Positions 1 to 12,710 of a DNA stretch of 64,000 nucleotides are shown here, in pieces. The notes under the pieces are model-generated. The model worked only from the letters and a program-made list of their open reading frames with translations. It searched no databases and was not told the DNA's origin. The stretch's first letter is position 1; the number at the start of each line of letters is the position of its first letter. Both the position numbers and the translations under genes were made by a program. The stretch comes from Camelus ferus (taxonomy: Eukaryota), in the NCBI RefSeq assembly GCF_009834535.1, contig NC_045697.1:24430001-24494000 (forward strand), in the 5' to 3' direction.

Positions 1-724
1 ATTAGTTTACATAAATAAAAGTATTTAAAACAGTAATCAATTGCTGAATTTCTCTGTTTTTGAGTTAGAGAAAAATATAAATATTTTCTTAGATGTTGGC
101 TAAGAAAATGAAGCTAAATAACATATTGCAATTTTACCTCCTTAAGAGGAATCATCAAAATCGTCAGCAAGGGCCTGGGCATTTTGCTCCTAGGAGCCCT
201 GTTTTAAACTTTTAATACTTAAATCTCTCATTGCTTGGTTACCAATGGCAACAGGAAATTGCAAGAGAACCAGAGACATGTTTCCTTACTAAGCATTTAG
301 ACCCTTTCCTAATCACACATAAGTCCGTCCAACCTAATGTGTTATATACCAGCATCAGAAGGGATGCAATAATACAGGGGTTCCTAGTAACCCTGCCATT
401 TGATAATTGGTTGTTCACTTGTTTTACCTATCTATTTATTTCTAACTTGTCAACTATTTCTGAAAATAATTTGAGGCAACATAACTTTATAAAAAAAGCA
501 ATTTTATAAAAAAGAAGTCTGAAGAAAAGAATAGGAAACTGAGGTAGAAGGTTTACTCTGAGTTTCCTGGTACATAAGTTAAGTCTATACTCATATGACA
601 TAATTATTTTCCAGAAATGTTAAGGAAAAAGTCCCATGTAAATCTTTAAATGCAAAACATGTGTTTAACAATGTTTTCAATAATGGTGCGTATAAGAATT
701 TTTTTTTTTGCATTTAAAAAAATT

Positions 725-895
725 CTATTGAAATGTAGTTGATTTACAATGTTAGTTTCAGGTGTACAGCAAAGTAATTCAGTTATACATATACATACAT
801 AGATATATTTTTTCTTTTCAGATTTATTTCTATTATATGTTATTACAAGAAATTTAATATAGTTCCATATGCTACACAGTATGTCCTTATTGTTT
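725..895 (-). mobile_element. L1 3' UTR fragment (artiodactyl-type), 5'-truncated
   Basis: tattgaaatgtagttgatttacaatgttagtttcaggtgtacagcaaag is the reverse complement of an L1 3' terminus. It is flanked by the perfect 13-bp direct repeat atttaaaaaaatt (712-724, 896-908). Confidence 0.85.
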
Positions 896-906
896 ATTTA
901 AAAAAA

Positions 907-1100
907 TTTTTTTATTGAAGTATAGTCAGTTTACAATGTGTCAATTTCTGGTGTACAGCACATTGCTTCAGTCATACATGAACATACTTATATTTGTTTC
1001 CATATTCTTTTTCACTGTGAGCTACTACAAGATATTGAATATATCTTCCTGTGCTGTACAGTATAAACTTGTTTATCTATTTTATATATACCAGTGTAAG
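907..1100 (-). mobile_element. L1 3' UTR fragment (younger, camelid-type), 5'-truncated
   Basis: T-run followed by attgaagtatagtcagtttacaatgtgtcaatttctggtgtacagc. Clearly homologous to the copies at 7085, 9347 and 10637. Confidence 0.85.
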
Positions 1101-1425
1101 ACACAATTTTTAAATGGTCTCAAAATGTGAAATTCAATAAAATTGATTTATGTTTATTATAAAGTTCTCTACACATATTTGCAATGTATTTTTGTTTTAA
1201 GTTTATTAGGGGGAAGGAAAATACGCATTTTAAAAAAATTCTGTCTTCATACCACAAAGTATGTTGGGGAATACTAGCTATGTACTTAGGACCTAAAATT
1301 ATAGAGTTGAAGGAGATGTTGAAAGTTTGGAAATGTTCATTTCCTCAATATACCAGGTTTAAAAACCTCTACACAATAATTGTGATCACTTTTATGTGGA
1401 TAGGTTCAAATATTGGCTATTTAGG

Positions 1426-1458
<33 letters not shown>

Positions 1459-1809
1459 TTTACCAGGAGATGCTAATTACCAGAAAGTAAAACTTGATTT
1501 CAATAATAGTAAGTTTTGTTATTTTCATTTATAGAAAGTAATGAAGAAAAAAATTTAATTTGGAATTATTAACAGCCCTAGCTATGTAAAATTTCAAGTA
1601 ATATTTTAAGGGCTGTAACTGATCTGGAACACATCAATTTACTTTCCTTAGGTATTTCTAGTATAATTTTTGGTATTACAGGTTTATTAGTTCCTGTAAC
1701 TCCAGTTAAATACCAGTGTATCAGAATTGGATAAGTATCTTAATTTTTCATGCAAGAAATAAATAAAAGGTTACAGAATGACCATTAAAAGTATTAAAAA
1801 AAGACTAGT

Positions 1810-2215
1810 CAAAGGCTACCCCAGATTTACCATATATTAAAATATAATATAAAGTCACTGACAAAAAAACTATGCTGTACTGTTATAGAACTGACAGATA
1901 TACTAATGCAACAAAATAGAAATCCCCCAAATGTATGCTCACATATACATGCATGACAAAGTTGATTATTTTAATTCAGTGGAAAATAAAGTTTTATTTA
2001 ATAAAATATGCTGGCACAACTGATTATGAATCTTGAAAAAATAAATTTGGGTCTGTACACTGTACATTGAAAATAAATTCTTAATAGATTAATGGATTAA
2101 ATCACATTAACAGCAGCCATTAACAATTAGCAGGCTTAAAATAAAATTTAGGATAGTATATGTATGCACAAAGGTTTAAGAAGAAGAAACTCTCAACAAG
2201 ACAGGGAACTCAGAA
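1810..2215 (+). mobile_element. Ancient L1 (L1ME-like) ORF2 3' fragment
   Basis: A-rich, degenerate match to the ORF2 C-terminal region (tatgctgtactgttatagaactgacagatata; tttatttaataaaatatgctggcacaactg; aaaataaattcttaatagatt). Confidence 0.6.
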
Positions 2216-2229
2216 TTAAAATGTGTGTT

Positions 2230-2410
2230 TATATCAATCTATTATATATATATCTATATATTTACCCATATATCTATAATAACCTATAATATAGATGAAT
2301 AAAGAGATCTATATCACATACATATTATCTATATTACATATAGATAGCTATATTATATATAATATAGATATATAGAGATCTGTATGAATAATATATACAA
2401 ATATAATTAG
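2230..2410. repeat. TA-rich low-complexity tract
   Basis: Degenerate (TA)n/(TATC)n sequence. Confidence 0.8.
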
Positions 2411-2938
2411 TTTTTATAATGTTTTTTCACATTTAATTCATGAAACTGTCAAAAATCATATTTTAACATGCTAACATTTTGCACAAGTTCTCTAAAAAAC
2501 ATAAATATATTAAGTTGTTATTTTGGATATTATCACTTTTTTTTTAAACTTTGGCCACAAAGAATTTAAAAGAAATCTAAACTAAGTAGAGTTCTATTTC
2601 ATGTAAATTTTATGTAAAATTATTATCAATAGTTTATGAAAATTCATTTATCTATACTAGCTATGATTTTTGAATTCTCAAAATTATCTGATGGATTTCA
2701 CTATTTCTGATACATTTGGAAATTTTCATTTCAGATAGAAAGACTTCAAATTCAAATTCAAATTAGAAAGAATTCTTTTCATTTTTAATTATAAAGTAGG
2801 AAAATATGGAAGAAATTTAATGGTTATTATAAAACAAAGTGAAGTTTTAGTTTTACTTAAGTAACTTCAAATATCAGTGAGCTTAACTGGCAAATATTTT
2901 CACAGATCCTGGGGTACTAAGACTTTGGTAGATTTTGA

Positions 2939-3002
2939 TAGTAATAATCAGGCAGAGATTGATCAGCTAATATTGATATAATACCTTTTGGAGAAAACAG
3001 AT
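2939..3002 (+). repeat. Dispersed direct repeat, copy 1
   Basis: tagtaataatcaggcagagattgatcagctaatattgatataataccttttggagaaa recurs at 4020 with 2 substitutions in 58 bp. Confidence 0.95.
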
Positions 3003-4019
3003 ACTCAACTTTCCTAAAACTAACTGAAATTCAAATTGTTATAACTGTGATATACCCCTTCCTCAAAGAATTGCTTTGAGATTGAAATGGAATAATTTAG
3101 ATTTATCAGTTTGACTTGAATTCCTTTTTATGCAACCACTACATCATTTAAAGTAAATATGACTTTTTTTCCTTTTGATGAAATACCATATTGTTTGGCA
3201 ATTCTGTGTTGGTGCAACTGCTGCATGGTGCCATATGATATGAAAACACCCTGTATACTTATGCTCAATTATCTTTAAGAAACAGCTTTTATTTTTAGGT
3301 TGTAAAATAAGGTAAGAAAAAATGAACAATAGAACATGACTTTTGGAAACTTGTTCAAGAAACATTTCCTTTTAGTTTCAATTACATTTCATTGGCCAGA
3401 ACTGAGTCTCAGGGTCATCATAAGCCTCAAGCAAATCTAGGATGGTCAGTATTTTCAACTGGGCATAAAGCTGCCTCCCAAAATATTGGAGTACTATTAT
3501 TAAGATTAAAAGGGATAATGGATATTTCTTTGTCAAAAAGCAGTGTGTCTCCTTATGTTATTTTAAGTTTACCAACTTTAGCCACAGATTTTCCAAAAGT
3601 AAGTTGTAAATCTCGCATAGTACTTTTCAATCTAAGCAATAAACTCAACTTTCTATGGTGAAGTTTTGAATAGGATAGTTACAGACATTTTTATATGTGG
3701 TTCAAACATTTCCACTGAAACAAATTCTAGCACTTGATATAAGGGAGATGGAAGAGCATTCACTGTAATATTGAGAAGGGAAGATGCATTAAAATTGGCG
3801 AATAATTTTTTCAGTTAATGACAACCAACTTAAAGATGTAATTTTGGAGAAATAAAGATATATTTAGTTTTTTTTATTACAAATGTTGTAATGCATAAAT
3901 ATTGCATGTTGCAAAAGTCATGCAATAACTATACTCAGAAAATTGTAGATCTTTTCTAGTACTGTAACCATGTTAGTATTTAAACTAAGGGTTCTTGTCT
4001 GGAATAATACTATTATTCT

Positions 4020-4082
4020 TAGTAATAATCAGGCAGAGATTGATCAACTAATATTGATATAATATCTTTTGGAGAAACTGAT
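4020..4082 (+). repeat. Dispersed direct repeat, copy 2
   Basis: Near-identical to 2939-3002, offset 1081 bp. Confidence 0.95.
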
Positions 4083-5379
4083 GCAAAAGACAAAAGGAAG
4101 AAAAAGATATTTTCTAATTATTTAGCTGAAGATAGCTACAGGTTAACAGTAACAGAGGTATTCTATTGGAATGGCTAAAACAAAACAAAACAGAACTTCA
4201 CACATAAAGAGACTGTCTTCACACTGTCTTCATTTACTTTTCACATCAAACACCCATTTGCAAGAAGCACATTTGGCATTAGTCTTGGTAAAGTCTTCGA
4301 TGGAATTCTGTAGTAGGTGATTTTCTTCTTGGGGTGCATCCACCGTCCACTATATTATTCTATTTTACCCACAGGAATACAAAAAGTAGAGTTGAAAACT
4401 GTGTCATACTTACATGGAGATTTATCAAAACTCCTCATTTCTCCATCTTCTCATTGCCAAATCGAGAAGTAAAAGCACACTATGTGACATTAACTATTGG
4501 AAAGCTTAACATATAGCGTCATTTTCTTAATGTATCAAAAAAAGGATGCCCATTTACCCCTTTCCAGATTATATATTCTTGACACCCCAGAGGTATTGTG
4601 CTACAAATATGACAAGCTATAACATACTGCAGACAGTGTCTTTCTTCAGAGCACAAAGAAATAACAAAGATCTCTTTTGTCTCCACATTTCTACTTGGAA
4701 ATAATAGGTAAGGAAAGCTTTTTTTATTTTGTTATAATCTATGACTCCAGTATAGCTGGAATTGCATTTACTATTTTTTTCTTCTTTACTTTTGTTCAAA
4801 GACCAATAGGTAGCAGATTTTATTTGAGCTGTAGGGCTTTAGTAATAAATGTCTTTGGATGCCTCTTTTGACATTTATGACATGCCAAGTCAAACTAGTT
4901 TTATTAAAGCCTTCATGCTCACTACTTTTATTTTATTCATGTGCTTCAATTTTATAATTTCAAAAGTCATCTATTTGGTAGAATTTCTTGAGCCATATCT
5001 AAACTGTTCAGTGTCATGTTTTGACTTTTGACTTTATGGGTTTTTTTATGATCTAGGCTCAGGTGACAAATCACAAGAAGGTGTGCCACCCCCATTAGGA
5101 TTTTCAGTTTTATGTAATTTTGATAAACTAGGATTACTTTCTGTTATTCTGAAAATGCCTAGCCATTCAGGCTCCCAGGCATTTTGCCAAGGACCAACAG
5201 TCACTCCCCAGTTTTCTGTTCTTACAACCAAGGGAGAATGACTCTGACACAACGGGATGGTGCTGTTACTGTTTGTGCTTTTGACTAAATTCGTAAATCA
5301 GCTCTCTCTCTCTCCCCCTCTCCCTCTCTCTCACTGTCTTTCTCTCTCTCTCATTCCATGAATTACAGTTCCACATCTG

Positions 5380-6200
5380 CAGTTGCATGTTAGAGATTTG
5401 TAACAAACCCAGCACAATTTTTTTCCAAAACAATCCAAATTGAAACTCATTTTAAAACACTCCTGAGTCTATTCTTAATCCCATGTGTTTCTGTTTCTGT
5501 CGATGGAAGGAATGCCCATGAATCAAAATCTCAGAGCTAACTCTGACTTCTTCCTTTACAGAGACTTTTAAAATCATCTGTGACCTTATCTTCCACCATC
5601 CTCACATTCCTGTCTTTTCACATGAGTTTTATCCAACTACATGCTGCTACTTGTAATATAGGTATGTGAACATAGAGACAAATAGTGAATTTTTAGTAAG
5701 AGACTGGGTTTGAATATAAATTTTGTTATTTATTATCCTTGCGATTAGCAAATTTACTTTGATTCTATGTAGAAAACTTTCCATGTTCTTTTTTTATTCA
5801 TATAAGAAGTATTTATTTTATAGACAGATATACATTAAACCTATGGTCTATTCTGTGACATCCAATGAAGAGCAAATGGGCAGGGTTATTGCCTTCATGG
5901 ATCTTACAGATAACAGGTAGGGGGATATTAAATAATCCTACCAAATTGCATAATCACAAAAGAAAAGTAAGTGCTATAAATTTGTAGCATGGGATGTCAC
6001 AAACATATGTGATATTTAGATGAGTCCTCACTGTGGAAGGGAGAGTTCAAGTAAGACAAGAGTGATGAGTAGATGGCAATAGTTAACTGGGCACAAGAGC
6101 ATAAAAAAAGACCTCCAGGCAAGAAGATTCTTGGCACATTTGTTTACTGATATGTTTTCTGTGCCTGGGACAAAGGAAACTCAAGTAGCCCTTCTAAATC
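5380..6200. mobile_element. Decayed L2/MIR fragments
   Basis: L2-like phrases (aattgaaactcat; tgccttcatggatcttacagataacaggtaggggga; ttggcacatttgtttactgatatg...gtgcctgggaca). Highly diverged. Confidence 0.45.
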
Positions 6201-7084
6201 ATGACGTTGTTTTTTTCTCACCCCCCTTGGAGTTTTAAACTTTTCCTGTGATGAGTGCAAATCCTTTTGGATGATCTCTTTCTAAGAAGAAACGTAGTCC
6301 ACCATCGACACAACAAAAATTCTTACTTGAAATTAATCTAATTAATTAATCAATCTAGAATTGTTACTTTAAAATATGCAGATAACTGTACATCTTTAGA
6401 TTTTTTAATCATATTAAATAATTCAATGTAAATTTACAAAGATTTTGCTAAATTTATACCTGAATCCTGGTGCTGTTTCAGACATTCTGTTAGAGTGACT
6501 AAACAAATTAATCAGCATAGTTTACAGCACCTGAAGACATTTCACAGAAGTTGAAAAAGATACTTAATAGACCTTGATTCCAAAATAACTAGTTTTATGT
6601 GTTTATCTTTGTAAAACAGCTGATGGTTCAGTGCTAAATATAAATCTCAGGTTATTTGAACTTATTTTGTCAAAATAGCTAGTGTAAATAATCCACTAAA
6701 TACACCTATTGAAAAAAAAATCAATACATTTCACACCTACACTGATTAAGCACTATATTTAGCAACAAAGTCATGATGATTAATTTTTATGACTAATAGT
6801 TTTGGAAACCAAATTGTTCAATGGATCATCAGGTTCTCTACATTGTAAAAATCAGATTGAGTCAAATGACACTTCTACTCTTTCCCTCTGTGTTCCACAT
6901 TTTTCTAAAAATGATTCTTGTGATAACGACTCTCAAACTTCTGCAATTGTATGTATTAATGATTCTTTTTGTCATCACTAATTCTGTTCACTCTCAGAAA
7001 TACTTACATATGTTTTCTGAAAAGATCTGTAAACTATTCTTAGTTACATGCATTTCATCTACAATGTCATACTTTTTAACTACT

Positions 7085-7175
7085 TTTTTTATTGAAGTAC
7101 CATCAGTTAAAATGTGTCAATTTCTTGTGTACAGCACAGCGACCCAGTTATGAATATACACACATATTCATTTAC
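7085..7175 (-). mobile_element. Short L1 3' end
   Basis: T-run followed by attgaagtaccatcagttaaaatgtgtcaatttcttgtgtacagcac, homologous to 907-1100. Confidence 0.8.
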
Positions 7176-9054
7176 TTTCTTATAAAATTTTTCAGATTTC
7201 TATCTTTACTTGTAAATATCTTTAACTCCTTAAATATTTGTATTGTATTTTACAAACACTATATATACCCTATATTTCCAAAATTAAACAGATAACCGCA
7301 GCTACCAACATTTGATTTCCAAACACTATGCTTTTAGTATAATTTAGGAGCATGTGCATTCCCAATAGATGTCAGAAATAACTGAGTGCAAAGAACAGCA
7401 AAGACATACAGGATAACTTCAAGATATATGTCTGTGTGTGCTGTTGCCTACTTTTTCTAGAAGACAAATATATTTAATCACTTAAATGCAATGAGTTTGC
7501 AATTTTTAAAATGCAATAATTAAAAACTATCTCTGAATTTATAAGCTCAATTTTAAAAGTAAGCTTGAAAAATGCTATATTTAGTTTTATTTATGAAAAG
7601 ACTGATTTTTTTTGTTCCTTTATCTTTTTAAGGAGGAAGCGAGGAGGAAGCTATGTCTTTCTCTCTTTGCTCATGCAATTATCCAGGAGGATGCAGTGCC
7701 TGCAGATCTGTAGAGTGCTGAGCTATTAGTATTTTTGTCTTTTATGCAGCATCAGTTACATCAGCTAGCATAACGTAAGCTCCCATGGAATCATCAAGGT
7801 TCTTCAAAAATCACATGGTTCACTGTACGGAGCAGTGGATTAAGTTTGAAACTGCTCTGGCCTTCATCCTGGATTTGTCACTCTTGCTCTTTGACTCATT
7901 CAGGTCCAGTCACAACGTCCACTTGCTTCAACATCCACAGCCATAGAAAGGAACTGCTCTTATAGATGCTTTATATGTGATATGAACATTCTGAGCTGAT
8001 GGTAGAGTCAGCTCGTCATCTTTGCAACATTATGTTTAACACTCAAGTAATACTTCTGATACAAATTTATATAAACTGTTTCTAGCCTAAAATTAAATAA
8101 ACTCAAGTAATAAAGAGAAGCTTGCTTACTAAATATGACTTTAGTCCAAAAGCGACTTTCCTTTGAAAGCTCTTAACTGTATTAAAACAATTAATAGGCT
8201 CTGTGGTATGATTTTGATGTTTGGATGAAAACAAATATTGATTGTAGTTTTTGTCAAGTATTAGGTCAATGGTTTAAATATGGGAAACCATAGTTTCCTG
8301 TTATTCTTAAAAGGAAAAATAAAACAAGTTAGGAGCACTTACATATTTTTCCTATGATCTCATAGATGGCAACTTATAAAATGAAGAATTGAAATACAAC
8401 ACTTTCTGAGTCAAGAGCCTATGATATGTGTGCTTTCCAAATAAATTACTAGTTTAAGTTGGTTTAAGTGGACAGATTTTTACTTCTTTTCCATTGAAAT
8501 ATATTACCCATTCTTATACTATTCTTCAGTGTACAACATAAACCTAGATTTTCAGGGTCTAACTAACACACGGCTTAGTAATTACATGTAATTTTTCACA
8601 TTTCAGTAATAACTTCATTTTTATGATCATGAATATGCATTTAAATACCACAGCTAAAATTTTCAGAATTTCTCCTCTTCTAAGATTTTGTGCCTATTGA
8701 TTCTCATTCTCACCACAGAGCCCGCAGGGTGACAAAACTGTCTTACGATATCATGTTGAAGCTGAACAGGACCAGCAGACTTGATAACATAAAGTGCAAG
8801 CAGGACCATAGCTGAGAAAGATTAATTACTACTCCCCCCTCTAGTCTTAGTTTTTGTGCTTCCTACTATTCCCATTGACTGTGGAATAAAATGTTACCTC
8901 CTCCTAGGGCACACAAAGCCCTTTATTAACTGGTCTTCATCTTCCCTTACGTCTTATATTTGCCCCCTTCTGCCCTATATTATAATCCAGTAAGCCTACA
9001 CTGCATATGTTTTCCAGAGGAGCCCATGATGCTTCTGGTTTGCCGATGCATTTT

Positions 9055-9135
9055 GCTGTCACAGGGGGATTGTACCAGGCGTACTCACCAGGAGGTTGGG
9101 AATCTCGGCAGCTGTTTTAGAATCCTACTTACTTC
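9055..9135 (-). mobile_element. MLT1 (MaLR) LTR terminal fragment
   Basis: caccaggaggttgggaatctcggcagctgttttagaatcctacttac resembles an MLT1 terminus. Confidence 0.45.
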
Positions 9136-9219
9136 ACTTCTCTTAAAGCTCTACCATTAGGATAGACTATATAAGAGATGAAACAAAGTATTCAACCTAA
9201 GGCAAAAACCTGTTATTTA

Positions 9220-9642
9220 GGGTGTCTGATGGGGGCCCATGCCCCTGCTCCTCCAGGAGAAAAGACCTTCCAGTAAGATCCTTCTCTATTGTGTAGCCAT
9301 CAGCCCAGGGGTTTTTGGTGAGAACCTTTCTCTGTCTCTCCTACCCTTTTTTTTTTTTTTTTTTTAACTGAAGTATAGTCATACATGGGGGAGAAAGGGT
9401 GGGAAGGGATATATTGGGAGTTTGAGATTTGCAGATACTAACTACTATATATAAAATGGATAAACAACAGATTTCTCCTACCATTTTGATGTAGTCATTT
9501 TTCTTTGTTGTGGAAGCTGGTAGGTGCTCAGCTAGTTCTCAGTTCTTTCCAGAGGGAACTAGTCCATATGCAGGTGTTTGTCTGTTGTGTCTACAGGAGT
9601 AGGCACAGGAGGTCTTCCTGTGGCATCATCGTAAACGCCTTC
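9220..9642 (-). mobile_element. L1 5' UTR fragment, interrupted by a younger L1 insertion
   Basis: GC-richer segment ending ggtcttcctgtggcatcatcgtaaacgcct, a degenerate reverse complement of the L1 start (...aagatggcgg...). gctcagctagttctcagttctttccagagggaactagtccatatg is typical of Laurasiatherian L1 5' ends. Confidence 0.65.
9347..9473 (-). mobile_element. Short L1 insertion with 5' inversion (twin priming)
   Basis: T19, then 16 bp of antisense L1 3' end (aactgaagtatagtca), then ~90 bp of sense L1 3' UTR. TSD tctcctacc(c/a)tttt at 9337-9350 and 9474-9487. Confidence 0.85.
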
Positions 9643-10636
9643 TTAGTTCTTTGTGTTTAACAAATGCCTATCAAACAATATTTTTATTGATGGTTAGATT
9701 TCTCTTACATTTGATACACCATACAAAAATTCAATCGTTTATTTTTAAAAGCTTACAGAGTTCTTACAATTCTAATTGCTTGAACTTTCTAAAAAGAAAC
9801 TGAAGGTACTAGTGACTTTGGTGACATTTAATTTAATATGAAAGGAAAGTAGATTCTTTCTACTTGCTGTTTCTTTCAAAAGGGCAAAATCATTCCAGCA
9901 ATATCTAATTTTCAATTCAAAAATATCGTTCTTGCCAAACAGATTTGAGCTTTCAGTGGGTATGATGTTTTATTAAACCACCTGAGTCATTAATAAAATT
10001 TCACCAAGTCTTGACAGTCCCCTTTGATGTGCTATTCTTAAATAATGCACTTCCTTTCAAATAGTTTAAATGGCTATGAAGCTAATAATCATGTAGAATG
10101 CCCTCCTAGTCTCACACAAAGAAAGTATTTCAAAAGGAGTAACACAGGTCAAGTGTATTGAAATCTTGTACTGTGCATGTATGTTTTCTAACTCTAAAGC
10201 GAATGCTATCATTTTACTTAGTGTCAACCGAATATTTGTAAAGTTGTCAATGTTTGATTTCAAAGACAAATGGAAACCGATAGTGAACATTTCAAGATTT
10301 AAACCTCTATATTTATTATTAGTTCTATAGTTTTATCTCTTTCCCTCCAAATCTTCAAAAAAATATGGTAGTGATAAGATATAAAATACTGATTCAAGTG
10401 TTCACCTAAACGGAAAAGAACCCGTTTGAAATTTGAATTGCAATGATTTTAGCTCAAATATGGAAAAGAGTTCAGGAAGAGCATCCAATGATGTCTGCCT
10501 GGGACTTAGGTGCTGTATTTTGCTGTGTAATGTCCAGGAAAGAGCACATTAGTGATCTGCAAGAAAAGGAAACCGGATAGTCACAAGGATATTTCCTGGG
10601 ACCACATATACAAGTGACTTTGGTCATGTTGATTTT

Positions 10637-10792
10637 GTTTTTTAACTTAAGTATTGTCAGTTACAATGTATCAATTTCTGGTGTACTGTTTTAGTCATAC
10701 ATATATACATATACATAGATTCATTTTCATGTTCTTTTTCATTGTAGATTACTAGAAGATACTGAATATAGTTCCCTGTGCTATACAGAAGA
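10637..10792 (-). mobile_element. L1 3' UTR insertion with perfect 16-bp TSD
   Basis: TSD tggtcatgttgatttt at 10621-10636 and 10793-10808. Body homologous to 907-1100. Confidence 0.9.
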
Positions 10793-11014
10793 TGGTCATG
10801 TTGATTTTTGAGGCAAGCAGTCATTTTTGGTCTCGTTGGAATATGATGGTGCTACATATGTTAAAGTCCACCAGTTAAACATGACTTAGGACTAGATATT
10901 CTGAGCATACGGACTATATATTCTTAGTATGAACTTAGCACAAAATTAATTCTGTAGAGCCTGCCTTTGTGGAGAAGATTTAGACTGCCTGACCACCTGA
11001 CTAGAAATATCAAA

Positions 11015-11215
11015 TAAGCTAGCATTTATGGAAGGCTCATAAACCAGCGTTGTGTTAGGGTTTTTCATGCATTGTGTCATTAATGTGTAAAATTCCATGA
11101 GGGAAGTAGTAGTATTATTCCTAATTTTACAGATAGGGACTGTAATGTAACAAACTGTACAAAAACTATCACATTTAGCTAGTTTTACAGGTAGAATTTG
11201 AACTGTGCATCATCT
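11015..11215 (-). mobile_element. MIR SINE
   Basis: MIR core-like gtagtattattcctaattttacagatagggactg, with agctagcatttatggaaggctc upstream. Confidence 0.7.
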
Positions 11216-12710
11216 CCCTTCTAAGAACATACATGAACTTAATACAAAAAGCATATTTGTGAGAAGCAACAAATAAGAGAAAATATAGGGATAAGTGTTG
11301 ACTCCATTTAATAAGAACAACCTGGAAGCAAGTATTTCCTGCAGGGATCAATTTTCCTCCTGCAGGATGCAGAGAAAGAATTGGGCATCGTGGGGACCCT
11401 ATAACTTCCCTCAGTCAAAACACAAAAAGAAGAGCATGCAAGATTTTCCTTCAGCTGGATCAGAATAGATCCTTGAACCTGGTAAACACTTGCATCTCCA
11501 GGGAGGAATACATTTGTTCTACTCTGAATCACCTATTTGATGTTGCCTTATCTTTTGGAGTTTCATTCAACCAGATTGGAGTTGTTTACCAACCTTACCA
11601 CATTTTCTATCCACATTAGAAAGGCCTGAAATAATATTCCAATATTACCCAGAGTAGTCAATGCGGTGCTGTACTGTTTTCCCACATTTGAATATCTGAA
11701 AGACCTAGCCAATCCACTGAGTATATTCATATGAGGATTTTATTTAAATGTAAAACATGTAGAACAAGAGGAGTAGATTTCAGGCAAGCATAATAGGTCT
11801 GAGAGACAATCTTTGTGCACTTGAACTCATTTGTATTCTACATTTCATCAATTTTTCCTTCTCCATTTTCTGCTGGTACAATGCAAATTCCAAAAATATT
11901 AAGACAAGGGAAAAGGAAGAAGTGAAGGTTAGAAATAATGAGCAAAAAGGACAATCACTCCTGGATAATTGAGAGTGAAATCTACATCACTGGTAAAGTA
12001 AGGGACGACATCATTATCCCCATATTGCTGTGAAAATATGTGTGGGTCAGTAAGCAGTACTGCTACTTCTACTTATTAATGAATGAACCACTGGTCTCTA
12101 GAAGAGCATAGCTAAATTTGGGGGCTTAATGAAGGTTTAAATGGGAATGAAACTTACCAAACCTTGCATGTGAAACTTCACTTGACCCAGAAGCACTGCT
12201 CCTAACTCTGCAAAGTCAACGAAAGTAATGAAAATGGGAAGGAATGCATTGCTAAACACAATTTGGCCCATTAGTTTTTGGCAATTCCTGTTCTATTTCA
12301 ATCTTCTTTTTACAATAGATGTAATGTGGAAAGCATTGCTAATTAAAGGATACTATAGTAACCAGATTCTCAAAAAGAACCACCATAGAGTTAGAAGGAA
12401 AAAAAAAAAACCTCTAAAAAGGATGGCACATAGCTGTTATAATAAAAAACAGGGCCTATTTCTAAAAATAAATTGCAAATACTAATCCAATAGTATAGTC
12501 ATTCCTAAGAGTGATTATGGTTTTCCAAGTGTTGTGACACCTATAATGCCCCATGTCATATTCTCTTATTTTCACTCTATTGTAGTCCTCAGAAAAATGA
12601 GTTTGATCAATTCTCCAGTTCCAACTATAAATGCAAATGCAATGTAAGAAATATCGGATCTGCTGGAAATTTTTAGTTGCCCTTACAACGACTCATAAAA
12701 CTATGAACTC

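Noticed and set aside
2939..4082. CRISPR-like repeat-spacer structure
   Set aside because: Only two copies, 1 kb apart, in mammalian DNA with no cas genes.
7625..7730. Polypyrimidine tract plus AG (tttttaag|gaggaagc) as a possible coding exon
   Set aside because: All three frames hit stops within ~100 nt, and I see no strong donor before them.
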